Source of the DNA: Octopus sinensis
Lineage: Eukaryota
Direction: 5' to 3'
NCBI RefSeq assembly: GCF_006345805.1
Contig: NC_043005.1
Span: 100,130,001-100,194,000 of the forward strand
DNA: 64,000 nt
Part shown: piece after piece, positions 1 to 12,135 of the stretch
Position numbering within the stretch: position 1 is the first letter of the stretch
Layout: every line of letters starts with the position of its first letter
The notes under the pieces: generated by a model
What the model saw: only the letters and a program-made list of their open reading frames with translations
Databases searched by the model: none
What the model was told of the DNA's origin: nothing
Translations under genes and position numbers: made by a program

Positions 1-174
1 TTTTTATTTAGCATTACAATCATAAAGAGAACTGTGTTGGTGAGGTGTCACAACCATCAGTGTTTTTATCCGGACATCATCACTACCGGGTTGCCAGCCA
101 AGGCTAAATAGACCCTCTTCCCTTTGAATTGTTTTTGGGGTATCCATAATGATTAATATTACTGTTATCCTAAG

Positions 175-385
175 GTAGTGAGCTGGCAGAATCATTGGCA
201 TGCCAGGCAAAATGCCTAGCAATATTTTGTCTGTCTTTACATTCTGAGTTCAAATTCTGCTGAGGTCAGCTTTGCTTTTCATTCTCTTGGGGCCGATAAA
301 ATAAGCACTAGTTGAATACTGGGGTCGATGTAATTGAGTCATCCCCTCCCCCAAAATTGCTGCCCTTGTGGCAAAATTTGAAATC
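175..385 (+). mobile_element. tRNA-derived SINE, family B (head GGCGGCGAGCTGGCAGAA-type)
   Basis: Degenerate A-box-like GAGCTGGCAGAA and B-box-like GAGTTCAAATTC, followed by the family body (ctttgccttttcatcc...ctggggtcgatgtaat). The same sequence recurs many times in the window. Confidence 0.8.
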
Positions 386-494
386 AGTATTACTATTATC
401 CTCTGGTGGAAAGCTAGCAGAATTGTTAGGACGCCAGGCAAAATACTTGATAATATTTTATCCATCATTATGTCCTGTACGAAGAAGGCTTGAA

Positions 495-1290
495 ATTTTG
501 TGGGCAGGTGATTACATTGACCCCTTACGCCAGCAATGAACAGGTATTTATTTCATAGACTCCAAAAGGATGAAAGACAAAGTCAACTTTGATAGAATTT
601 GAACTCAGAGTGTGAGGACAAACAAAATGCTGCTAAGTATTTTGCCCGGTGTACCAACTACAATAGAAATAATTCCTTCTACCACAAGCACAAGGCCAAC
701 CATTTGAGGTGGGGATTACTTGAGACTGTCAACAGCAATACTTCATTAGTACTTTATATTATTGAAGCTGAAGGGATGATGGACATATATATATAGTGGA
801 TTGGAGTAATGGGAAATGAAATGTTTTGCCCCAAAACACAACACACTGCTTGGTCTAAGAATTGGAACCGTATTAAAATAGGGATTTCAAATTTTTAGCA
901 CAAGTTCGATTACATTGACCCTGGTGTTAAATGAAAAGCAAAGTTGACCTAGGTTGAATTTGAACTCAGAATGTGAAGAGGGACAAAAAGCCACTAGGTG
1001 TTTTGCCTGATGTGATGAAGATTCTGCCAGCTTGCCACCTTAAGCCATATTAAAATATTGATTTCAAATTTTGGCACAAGGCCAGCAGGGGAATGGCTAA
1101 GTCGATTACATGGGGCCAATCAATTAGATCGACCCCAGTACACAACTGGTACTTAATTTATCGATCCCGAAAGGATGAAAGACAAAGTTGACCATGGCGG
1201 AATTTGAACTCAGAACGTAAAGACATGAAATACTGCTAAGCATTTCACCCAGCATGCAAATGTGTCTGTCAGCTCACAGCCTTCTAGCTA
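495..1290 (-). mobile_element. Cluster of three degenerate family-B SINE copies
   Basis: Repeated gaaaggatgaaagacaaagtc...gaatttgaactcaga blocks at about 565-610, 925-975 and 1170-1215. Confidence 0.75.
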
Positions 1291-1294
1291 TCTA

Positions 1295-1511
1295 TGTTAA
1301 TTTATATATATCTACATATATAAATATATATATGAATTGCACCTAACTGCTTATATTAATTTATATATATATATATACATACACACATATATATGTAAAT
1401 ACACACACACACACATATATATATATACATACATACACACACACACATATATATACATACATACATACATGCATACATACACATATATATATACATACAT
1501 ACATATATATG

Positions 1512-1563
<52 letters not shown>

Positions 1564-1565
1564 AC
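1295..1565. repeat. (TA)n/(CA)n compound microsatellite
   Basis: Seen directly; source of the YIYI/HT ORFs. Confidence 0.95.
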
Positions 1566-1983
1566 AGCATCAAGGAGAATTAAGTTAAACCTTTGGGGGG
1601 TTCATTATTAGAGAAAGTGTTTTCCAGAGATAGTTAAAAGAAGGTAAAGTGAATGGGAAGAGAGGAAGAAAAAGGAACAAGAATTACAGAGATGGATGAA
1701 GGATTGGACAGACTTAAAACCAATGAATACGTAAGGAGTGAAAAAGGAAGATCAAAATGGCTGTCCATGCCTTTGAACTTGCAGGGAACTTGGGTATGTG
1801 TTGTGTGTGTTTGTATGCATTGTGTGTGTGTGTGTGTGTGTGTGCGTGTTTTGTGTGTGTATATTCATGCTTATGTGTGTGTGTGTGCATCTCTGGTTCC
1901 CATATACCATTTGCTTGACAACATCATTTGAGAACAGAGTAAATTTTAATATCTTAAAGACGAGACTAGAAATCTTCCTCATA

Positions 1984-2462
1984 GGCGCAGGTGTGGCTGT
2001 GTGGTAAAAAGCTTGCTTCCCAACCACAGGGTTTCAGGTTCAGTCTCACTATGTGACACCTTGGACAAATAAATGCCTTCTACTGTAGCCTCAGGTGGAC
2101 CAAAGCCTTGTGAGTGGATTTGGTTGATAGAAACTGAAAGATGTCCATCATATGTACACACACACACGCATGCACACACATGCAAACACACATACACACA
2201 CACACACATATGTGCATATATGTGTGTGTGTGTGTGTGTGTGTGTCTTTGTGCCTGTGTTTTTCCCCATCACTGCTTGAAAACCAGTGCTGGTGTGTCTA
2301 TGTCCTCATAACTTAGCAGTTCAACAAAGCGGTTGATAGAATAAGGACTAGACTTTAAGAAATAAGTCCCGGGATCAATTAATTTGACTAAAACCCTTCA
2401 AGGTGGTGCCCCAGCATGGACGCGGTCCAATGACTGAAACAGATAAAAGATGAAAGATAAAA
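1984..2462 (+). mobile_element. tRNA-derived SINE, family A (GTGGCTGTGTGGTAAG head, internal microsatellite, AAAGA-type tail)
   Basis: Head with gtggctgtgtggtaa and ggttcagtc boxes, then ccttgggcaa-like CORE-type segment, internal (CA)/(TG)n and second domain ending tgactgaaac...aaaaga. Matches the copies at 4876, 57203, 44410 and 60365. Confidence 0.85.
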
Positions 2463-2509
2463 GTATCTCTAGACCATTGGTATACTCAAGCAAGCTTCAC
2501 CAGGAGTAC

Positions 2510-2712
2510 TAACACCTGCACCACCACCACCACTACCATCACCACCACCACCAGTACCACCACCACTACCACCACCACCACCAGTACCACCACTACCACA
2601 AGTACCACCACCAGTACTACCATCACCATCACCACTAGTACCACGTGTATCACCACCACCACCACCACCACTACCAGTACCACCACCAGTACCACCACCG
2701 CCACCACCACCA
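2510..2712. repeat. Imperfect (CCA)n triplet repeat
   Basis: Seen directly; interruptions fall in triplet register. Confidence 0.9.
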
Positions 2713-3078
2713 ACTGTTAGGTTACCAAATGTTATGCTAAGGTCTCTTGTAATAGTTTTGGACGACATAAGAATGATGTTTATTGTAAACAAAACTCAAC
2801 TGTTATTAAACTATCCTCCCATGTGTCCTTTCATAAAATTGTTTGCAGTACTTTTCATAGAAATATAGTTAGTTTGAGGAGTGTGTGGTGTGTGTGTCTT
2901 GGGGGGGGGGGGTATGTTGTAAATATGTTTGAAAATAAATAAGTTGATATATGTTGTGTGCAGGAGGAGTGACAAGATCACAGTGAAAAGTTGTTGCACG
3001 GCCATTTTTGATGCACATAAATTTGTTACAGTCGAGCAATCTCTCCGGTGAAGTAGCAGCTAGTCTGGCATCGTGCTG

Positions 3079-3115
<37 letters not shown>

Positions 3116-3404
3116 GGGGAGAGAGGGAGGGAGAGACTGATAGACAGACAAACAGAAATACCAAGAACATTCAGAGGACCATGAAATAAATCAGGCTATA
3201 TTAGATATCCAGCAATAATACATAGTGTAGGAAATTTTAAAGTGTCTCATTTATCATATCACACTTCTCAATACATATGTGAACATTCGAAACTAATGTT
3301 ATATTCTGTTCAACTTTTAATTCTCAATATTCAGGTTATATTTGTTTGAATACAACAGCCTCCCCCTCTCCTTCACTTACCGCAAGTCACTAAGTCTTTG
3401 ATAA

Positions 3405-3750
3405 AAACAGAATCTATAATGGAATTATGTTCAGACGTTGCTTTGACATTTCATCATGGAAACAATGTAGTAGTTTGCATATGACAAGCAAAAGCCAAAA
3501 AGTCAGTTTAACTATCTTCACAATCTCTGGAGAGACGACACAAACTTGGCATCGACTCATAACAAGTCTCCGCTTGCTTCTGGAGTTCTCCACTGCCAAC
3601 ATGTTCCTTATACATGGAAACACCACTGATCAGAAATCCATTGGTTTCCCGGTGAAGTCTACACTTAGCAAGATCCTGGTGACTCTAACACTGGATAATC
3701 TGCAATGCAGGGTGATGCATCCGAAATGGCACAACGCATTGTACCAAATG
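3405..3750 (+). pseudogene. Probable degenerate piggyBac (PGBD2/PGBD3-like) transposase C-terminus
   Basis: Across frames, in the expected order: YNGIM (cf. YNxxMGGVD), QTWHRL (cf. QNAWQL), LLEF..LIHG (cf. FLEF..ETHG), HWII, CRV(C)IRNGTTHCTKC (cf. the Cys-rich RCxxC..T..CxKC tail). Requires frameshifts and stops. Confidence 0.45.
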
Positions 3751-3800
3751 TGAAGCCATAAAAAAAATCAGAAATCTTCAAGGCATTCAAAAAAAAATTT

Positions 3801-4866
3801 TGTAAACCTCTGAATTAGCATATTCTATTTGGTGAATCTTAGAAGAAATGCTAAATATATATCTCTCTGGAGTGAAGAATTGAACAAAGAAATCCATATT
3901 TAGTATTTCTGAGCAATAAAGGTATATTGAATATCCAAAAATAGAGGGCTCTCTAAAGCTTCTTTCTTTACCATGTATTTCCTTCAGGGTAGATCCAAAT
4001 TCAGTTCCAGGAAAAAGAAGTGAAGATTATCTTTCTCCAAGAGCAATTTAATTCTTCCAGATTCTGTATACCTACGAAGATTGAAGCCCTACATAGCAAT
4101 GAAGAAATATCTTTCATATGATCAGGTTTGGCAAGACTGTGTAGGCAATCTCTGGACAGAAATTCGTCAAAGAAATGCCATCCATAAAAGGTTACAGGCA
4201 ATGAAGTGTGTGTGTGTGGGGGGTGGGTGCCACAGCATGGTTGTAGGTGAAAAACAGAGACACAAAGCATCAGGTACTGGTACCATCCAGGTGGATAGCA
4301 GCAAAAATAATGACAGAGAAAAGAGATACAAAAATTAAAAGAATGACCAAAATGGATTTATGCCAACTTGGTATAGCAGGAGGTAGGAGACGGAAAATAG
4401 ATTAAGATGCTATGAAAATAGATCTGATCTCCTTGTCAGAATAACAAGCCCATGACAACATCTGTCCTTTGGCCAGTACAAGAACCAGCAAGGGATTTGC
4501 CACATTAGCCACTGTCCAATCAAGTCAGAGAAGGAATCACCAGTAAGTGACTGACCACTGGGACTAACAACCAATATTGCTTACAGATTATCTTGTCAAC
4601 ATAGAAACATGTTGGATCAACAAAACCACAAACACATATCAAAATAGTAGAACCTTTTTACAAGGTAACATCACTTAGTACAGTTTTCCAGTGCTTAGGA
4701 AATCTGCCAAAGAAATACGTAATAAATGTCTTGGAGGACACAAATTCTGTAAACCTCTGAATTAACATATTCTATTTGGTGTATTTTAGAAGAAATGCTA
4801 AATATAAATCTCTCTGGAGTGAAGAATTGAACAAAGAACTACATATTTAGTATTTCTGAGCAATAA
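3801..4866 (+). repeat. Pair of 119-bp direct repeats (3801-3919 and 4748-4866)
   Basis: tgtaaacctctgaatta...tatttctgagcaataa present twice, about 6 mismatches by hand count. Confidence 0.9.
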
Positions 4867-4875
4867 TAGACGTAT

Positions 4876-5290
4876 GAGTGGCTGTGTGGTAAGTAGCTTG
4901 CTTGCCAACCACATGGTTCTGGGTTCAGTCCCACTGCGTGGCACCTTGGGCAAATGTCTTCTACTATAGCCTTGGGCTGACCAAAGCCTTGTGAGTGGAT
5001 TTGGTAGATGGAAACTGAAAGAAGCCCGTCGTGTATATGTATATATATATATATATGTATTTTTGTGTATATGTTTGTGTGTCTGTGTTTGTCCCCACCA
5101 ACATCGCTTGACAACCGATGCTGGTGTGTTTATGTCCCTGTAACTTTGCAGTTCAGGAAAAGAGACCGATAAAATAAGTACTAGACTTACAAAGAATAAG
5201 TCCTGGGGTTGATTTGCTTGACTAAAGGCGGTGCTCCAGCATGGCCGCAGTCAAATGACTGAAAGAAGTAAAAGAGTAAAGAGTAATAAA
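4876..5290 (+). mobile_element. SINE family A, near full length
   Basis: gagtggctgtgtggtaagtagcttgc head, internal (TA)n and aagagtaaaagagtaaagagta tail. Confidence 0.9.
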
Positions 5291-6321
5291 GATAATTCCA
5301 CATTTACAACCCCGAGTTTATCAATAACACCAATCAGCCCCTTATGATCATATGGGCTGATTGGTGTTGTTATTGACAAATGTGCTGAAGAAAAACATTA
5401 AAAGCTATTCCTGCGGAAAGGTTTCTATTCCGTTTTTTACCTTAGTTTACCTTTTCTATTCATCACATAAATTTCACAGCACCAACAGACTATTTACCCA
5501 GTAGCTTGTGTGTCTTTTCACTGGAATTGTTGCTTTGTTGTTTTTCTAGAGGTTTTGCAGTAAGGAACTCAGCAGCTACCATATCCTACTATATTTTTCA
5601 TTTTAATATTTGTAGTTGTTGCTCAATGCTAGGCCAAACTTAAAAGCAAACTTATGTTCAGAACCATGCAACCATGACCAACTGAGCCTCTATTTTTTTT
5701 GTATATTTTATTTTTTATGCTATTTCGTCAACTGTGTCCTTTTTCAAAGAGGGCAATTGTGATCTGAGATTTGGTCATTATTTCTGACTGGTTTAACAAC
5801 CACACAAGTGGCTCCCTCCTAGTCTCATAACTTGTCAAGTGGTTTTCTAAGGATTGAAGTATTAAAGTTAGTTACAGTCTAATGTGATGAAGGTCAGAAA
5901 CAAAAAAAGATACCAAAACCAAAAAAGAACTAGGAAGTGCTGGACTCTAAAATGACACTAATACATTTATGTGAATGATTTATCTCTGTGCCTTGTTTTC
6001 CCTATATTATTTTTTCCCTGACTTTTTGAGTAGTGTTACAGTTATTCTACTTAGTGATTCTCTTATCACCATTTTGACATGTATGGTAAAGTATATGCTT
6101 CACTGAAAAGGTCCAATATGACAGAAACATGCTGAGAGTCATCTCTTGTAGTTGTTGAAAGGATTAATATAATATTAGTCATTGAAGCTAACAATCTCCT
6201 CACTGCATTCTCTGTTTCTGATTAGACATTCTGATGTTTATTACAAACAAGTATATGGCCCACCCCCTTAATTATTTAATAGATCACCTAGAATGGTAAA
6301 GTTGTTGCTGTTGTTATTATA

Positions 6322-6570
6322 AGAGGCATCAGATTTAGCGTGCAAGAGGGAAGACTGCACTAGTATGGTCGTGCGATGCAGATGACTGAAGACAGCTATA
6401 TGAAGTACTGATCTCTAAATGTGGCAGAGACCTGTGGATGAGGAAGAGCCAGGATGATGTGGGACGAAGAGGTGGAAAAGGATCTTCATATGTTGAGCCT
6501 CACACAAGAAATGACAAATGACAGAAGCAGTCAGGAGTTTGCTGTGCTCGAGAAGATCTGACCAGTTAAG
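6322..6570 (+). mobile_element. RTE-clade LINE 3' fragment (degenerate ORF C-terminus)
   Basis: Translates as RGIRFSVQEGRLH*YGRAMQMTED..V..TCG*GRARMMWDEEVEKDL, matching the RTE motif RLRWYGHVxRM...RGRPRKTW.E.V..DL. Confidence 0.8.
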
Positions 6571-7149
6571 AAAATGAAGGCCTAAAAGGTGTGGCTCTTA
6601 TGTTCATGCTCCCAGGATAGTGATATGTCCTTGACAATCCTCTCTCCTACATCCAATTTTCCTGACACTGCCATATCCACCCACCTCTGTTCACAACTTG
6701 CTGTATTCCCTACCCTTCATCTTCCAATCTCCCTTGCAAACTCACCTGTACACTCTGTCCCTGTCAAATCTCTTCTCCGCAACATATCCTCATAACGACC
6801 CTTTTCCCCTGTCTTTGCCCACCTCACCACCTCTCACTCTCCTTGTGCAACCTCATAAACTTATCCACCTCCTCACTCTATTCAATCCCCAAGCTGTCTT
6901 ATCTCCTCTCTCTTCCTCTCTGCCTGCCTGTCTGTCTGTCTGTCTCTCCATTCTCTCTCCAACTGTGTAACCATATTGTACAATATCTATTTCTGTCCCT
7001 CTATTCATACTTTAACTTCTGATCACCTGTCATAAAATCACCCCCTCCCCACACTTACTACCATCCCTTCTCAATTGTGGGGGTCTTGTCTTCCAAGTTA
7101 CTTGGTGACCTCACAGTTGTTGCTGCCATATAAAAAAAAACAAAAAACA

Positions 7150-7390
7150 GCCAGTATGCACTGTGAAGTGGTTTGTGTTAGAAGGGGCATTCAGCCCTAG
7201 AAACCATACCAGGTTAGACAGCAGAGCTTGGTGAAGTGTTTTGACTTGCCATCTCATGTTAATTTGAGCAAATGCAATACCAGCATAGAAGGAGGACATT
7301 AAATAATGATGATGATGGTGGTGGTGGTGGTGGTGGTGGTGGTGATGATGATGATGATGGTTATGGTGATGATGATGATGATGATGATGT
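7150..7390 (+). mobile_element. SINE family C 3' end with (GAT/GGT)n tail
   Basis: Degenerate ggaagggcatccagc..tagaaac...ccagcatagaa..gacattaaa followed by (gat)n. Confidence 0.65.
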
Positions 7391-8554
7391 ACAATAGTTT
7401 CTGTCTACCATATTCAGTTCCTAAAGTATTGATTAACCCAAGGCTGTGGAAGCACAAACTCAGAACAACATGGTTACAAAATGAACTTCCAAACCACAAT
7501 GCCACGATGGCCAATATTTGAAGCAAATTCCTCAATGGTTATCAATTACGACTGAAGACTTTTGTTCCAAAAATTCTTATTTGGTTGTTCCAGCAATGTT
7601 TTAAAAAAAAGCTTAAATATTGTATGACTTTCTTTTTTTACTTTAATTTGTATTTGCACTTTGTAATTACTTAATTAGGTTTACAATGTTTAAGTAGAAA
7701 TTAATAAATTAAATATTTTTGTTGCTTCTTGGAGTTAACTTTTGGGATAACATTGAATTTCATTTTGTCTCCTTATCTTCTCTAATAAGTTAAAGTGTTG
7801 GCAGAGATAAATATATAATTGCTATCTTTATCTTTAAATGGGAAATCTATTCATTCATTTAACTTGTCAATAAATATATTATCTTCTTTGTGGATAAATT
7901 GCTAAAGACATATATTGTAAGTTTATACTAAGTTTTTATTTTCTAGTTATTTACCTTATTTAGAATATGAACAGCTATCTTTGTACTTCTCTTGTGCTAA
8001 CCAAAATCTGTTCTACTGTTTATCTGTTAACAAAACATTATGTATGATCAGACATTTAAATACGTCGTAAATCACAGTCAATATTTGTTTAATACTACAT
8101 TATTTTAAGACAGAGATTTCTTTACAACTAGCTATATATCTTAATTCTTAAGAATGTTTTAAGAATTCCTGTATTACTTTTTCTACATTCTGTTATTTCT
8201 TATCTTACAGAAGTACCACACACATATATGTATCTATATCTATATCTACCTACCTACCTATATATATATATATACAGATGTGTGTGTGTATATGTGTGTA
8301 TATATATGTATCTGTCAGGATTATCTCAACGTAGTGTACATTTTGATAAGTAATCTCTGCCATACTTTTGCCTTATCAATGGAAATGAGTACAAATAACT
8401 TTATACTTACTTCTAGCACTCAATGGCATTCACTTTACTTGACTTCTGGATTATGATTATTCTGCCATCGAATCAACAGTCAAATGTTTCTAGAGTTTCA
8501 ATGCAATGGGTTACAAGTTCATATCTCTGCCTGCTGTTTATTTTTTTTATATTC

Positions 8555-8890
8555 CTTTACTTGTTTCAGTCCTTTGACTGCAGCCATGCTGGAGCACAAC
8601 CTTTAGCCGAAGAAATCGACTCCAGGATTTATTCGTTGTAAGCCTAGTACTTATTCTGTCAGCCTCTTTTGCCAAACTGCTAAGTTACAGGTGCATAAAC
8701 ACACCAACATCAGCTGTCAACATATTTCATATACATATATATATACATATATACATACGACAGGCTTTTTTCAGTTTCTGTCTACCAAATCCACTCACAA
8801 AGCTTTGGTTGGCCCAAGGCTATAGTAGAAGACACTTGCCCAAGATGCCCTGCAGTGAGACTGAATCATGGTTGCTAGGAAGCAAGCTTC
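8555..8890 (-). mobile_element. SINE family A
   Basis: Reverse complement of the family A body and head (cttaccacacagccat). Confidence 0.85.
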
Positions 8891-9534
8891 TTACCACACA
8901 GCCATGCCTATAGTATACAAAATATTACGGTTACATGGATGATGCAGTTTGCCTGATAAACGAGAGCCTCCAGCTAAGCTCAAAGAAGAAATGCCACACA
9001 TCCAGAATCTTGGGATGAGCAAGAGCATGAGTCTTCACTCAGCTGTTATTCTCGAATCTGCAGGCAAATGCTTAGAGTAGTTCCATTCCCTCTAACTAAT
9101 TTCAGCAGAGTTACCGACATTTTGACAATGATATAATACAATACACACATACCAATACCTACAAATTACTGATTTCAGTCACTGACTTGTGACTGTGCTG
9201 GTGCATTACAACCAGCCCCCAGTACTTACTTTGCAAATCTATGTTCATGGAACTACGAAGTTATGCTTTAGGATGCAGTAGCAACTGAACACAGACAGGT
9301 ATACAGTCTCACTCTCTCTCCCTGTATAGGTAGTGGTTAGTAGGGTGTGATACTCACAATCTTGATATCGTAATCTAGATTAAAGAGGATACACTTGTCT
9401 GTGGAGTGCTCAGCCACATGCATGTTAATTTATTGAGCAGGCTGTTCCTTGGATCAACTGAAACTCTTGTTATAACTAATGGAGTGCCAGTTATATATAT
9501 ATATATTAGGGCAGGTGAAAACGAAATTGAACCA

Positions 9535-10003
9535 AATCCTATGACTGGCACCCGGCTGTTGCCAGTGCCGCTGGACTGACTCCTGTGCAGGTGGCAAGTA
9601 AAGAAACACCATTTCGACCCTGTGCTTGAGGAGACCTATTGAGTCAAGTACATCAACATCAAAAATCAATGGAAATTGTAGTTGTTATCCCTGTGCCGGT
9701 GGCACATAAAAAGCACCATTTGAATGTGGCCGATACCAGTGTGGCCTTGACTGGCTTCCGTGGCACATAAAAAGTACCAACCAATCGTAGCCATTGTCAG
9801 CCTTGCCTGGCACCTGTGCCGGTGGCATGTAAAAAGCACGCACTACACTCACCGAGTGGTTGGCATCAGGAAGGGCATCCAGCTGTAGAAACACTGCCAG
9901 ATCAGACTGGAGCCTGGTGCAGCCTTCTGGCTTCCCAGAACCCGGTCGAACCATCCAACCCATGCTAGCATGGAAAACAGACGTTAAACGATGATGATGA
10001 TGA
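9535..10003 (+). mobile_element. SINE family C: hairpin-unit array plus RTE-like tail ending (GAT)n
   Basis: Four gtgccggtggcac.taaaaagcacc-type units, then ggaagggcatccagctgtagaaac...catgctagcatggaaa..gacgttaaacgatgatgat. Confidence 0.85.
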
Positions 10004-10071
10004 TTATATATATATATGATATATATTATAGATATATATATATATATATATATATATTATACATATATATG

Positions 10072-10102
<31 letters not shown>

Positions 10103-10176
10103 TATACATATATGATATATATATATATATATATATTATATATTAATATATATATATATATATATTATACATATTA

Positions 10177-10223
<47 letters not shown>

Positions 10224-10261
10224 TATTATATATTATATATATATATATAATATATATATAT
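10004..10261. repeat. (TA)n array
   Basis: Seen directly; abuts the Penelope element. Confidence 0.95.
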
Positions 10262-10454
10262 AGATGAGTGTATTTTACCTTGTTAACATTTAACACGGAT
10301 AAATGAATGAATAGTTACCAGGACAGCAAAAATCTCACAAGTAAGATGTTGTAACTCCTTGTTTATAAAGGTGAAAACTTCGTGTTTACGTTGAATATTT
10401 GAATAATAGGAATAAAAAATGGAGTTAACGCAGGTTATTAAATTTGATGATAAG

Positions 10455-11830
10455 TTGTGGGTCCGTAAAGACACACCAGATAGTTTCGATATACCTATGG
10501 AAGTTCTGATTCAGCACAGATAGCTGATTTGGTCTGTATATATATTCTTTTTGAAATGGCTGAAGAGTCCCTAACATTTATGGAGGTCTATATCGTGATG
10601 ATTGTTTACTTACCTCCAAAATGTTTCTAACCAAAAGGTACAAAAAGTTAAGAACAGTTTAGTTAATTTTTTCAGTAGAATGGCTTAAAAATCGTTTTTG
10701 ATGACGATCTGACAAAGGCCAACTTTTTAGATATTACGCTTAATTTACACAGTGACTCTTACTTCCCATATCATAAACCGTTGACCAATCTTAAGTACAT
10801 TAGCAAATTTAGTAATCATCCTGGAGCAATTACTAAGAATTTAGTTAAGAATATTTCATTTAGATTATCTAAATTATCTGCTAATGTTGATATTTTCAAT
10901 AATAACGCTGAATTCTATAACTCTGCCTTAATCAAAGCAGGTTATACAGAAAAAATTTTCTACATTGATTCTGCTCAGTCTAATTGTAAATTCAATAATG
11001 TAGATAAGATTTCTAGTCGTAAAAGAATTATTGATAACAAACATAACTTACGCACCGATACAAAGCGAATGAAGGCAGATAACCCTTATTTATTCCCCTA
11101 TTACCGATCTAAAAGTAAATATAACACCTTCAAAAGTATTACGCTATGAATACTAGTAAAAATATTTGGTTAATAATTCCTTACGGGAGACAAATTAAAT
11201 CTAATCTCCCACTGCTGTTTCGTCAAGCTATTGCTAGGAATTTTCCAAATGATTCTAGATATTACTCTATAATTAATTCACATAAAGTTAGGATAGGTTT
11301 TTCAACACAAAAAATCTCTTGCAAATTATATCTTCTCATAATAACAAACTGTTAAATATTAATACATTTACTAATACTAACATTAATTTAGCTACTACCA
11401 TCCAACCCTCTAGAAATATTAATAACAAGGTTATTGTATCTGAAGTCAATCCCAATAGAATTAAATTTATGTCAAGTAACTCTAAGATTAAAATTCTATA
11501 TACCAGTGTATAATCAGTACTCGTAATAAAGTACAATTTTACATTGGAAGCACATCGTTAGAGTTATCTAAGAGAATTTCTATCCATTACTCACATTTAG
11601 GGATAGAAATAAACGGAATAGTACCGGTCTCAGCAAACTGATTTGGAATTTAAAAGACCACAATGAACAATTTCATTTGGAATGGTTGATTCTCTCAATT
11701 TCGATACCATATGACAAAGGCAAGAAATTCTGTCTTCTCTGCAATTCTGAGCTATTTTTCATTATTTTTTCTAAAAATACTCTAGTAAACACGGTTATAG
11801 AGCGAGCATACAGATGTAAGCATTGGCAAA
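10455..11830 (+). pseudogene. Degenerate Penelope RT-endonuclease ORF
   Basis: WVRKD..FDIPM(G)SSDSAQIADLVCIYIL; GGLYRDD (YRDD at 10591-10602); FLDITLNL; YISKFSNHPGAI; IWLIIPY; IYQC...FYIGST (GIY-YIG); LSKLIWNLKD...W.IL...PY...FCLLC..E...CKH. Contains frameshifts and stops. Confidence 0.9.
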
Positions 11831-12053
11831 ACAACTTTTAGTGCATATAAGTAGTCTCTATCATTATATATAATTTAAACTTAATTTCCTTTATATTTAA
11901 CATTCACTATTAATATCCTACTCTTTCTGTTAGCTACTTATGACGTTATATCATATAACGTTTTTTTAAACAATATTAATAGCGTTCTGTCTATCGCTAT
12001 ACGAATCCATCATTTTTTGCTAAAATGTCGTATTGACAAGTTTCGTTTTTTCC

Positions 12054-12135
12054 CTTCCCGAAGAAGATTGCATTGTTTATACCTTTTATTCTTTTGAATA
12101 AGTATCAGTGGAATTTTTGAAACATATGTAGAAAG
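12054..12135 (+). ncRNA. Broken type-I hammerhead ribozyme (PLE family A)
   Basis: Homologous to 61414-61496. U4 and G10.1 are deleted and C11.1 is changed; GAAA-C-ATAT-G-T-A is retained. Confidence 0.65.

Noticed and set aside
4680-4866. hAT dimerisation-domain-like peptide (FPVLRKSAKEI; AKYKSLWSEEL)
   Set aside because: Only loose resemblance, split across frames, with no SSxxxERxFS or TYLCE motif.
8928-9090. YMDD motif suggesting a reverse transcriptase
   Set aside because: Isolated tetrapeptide; the flanking residues give no other RT motif and the frame has stops.
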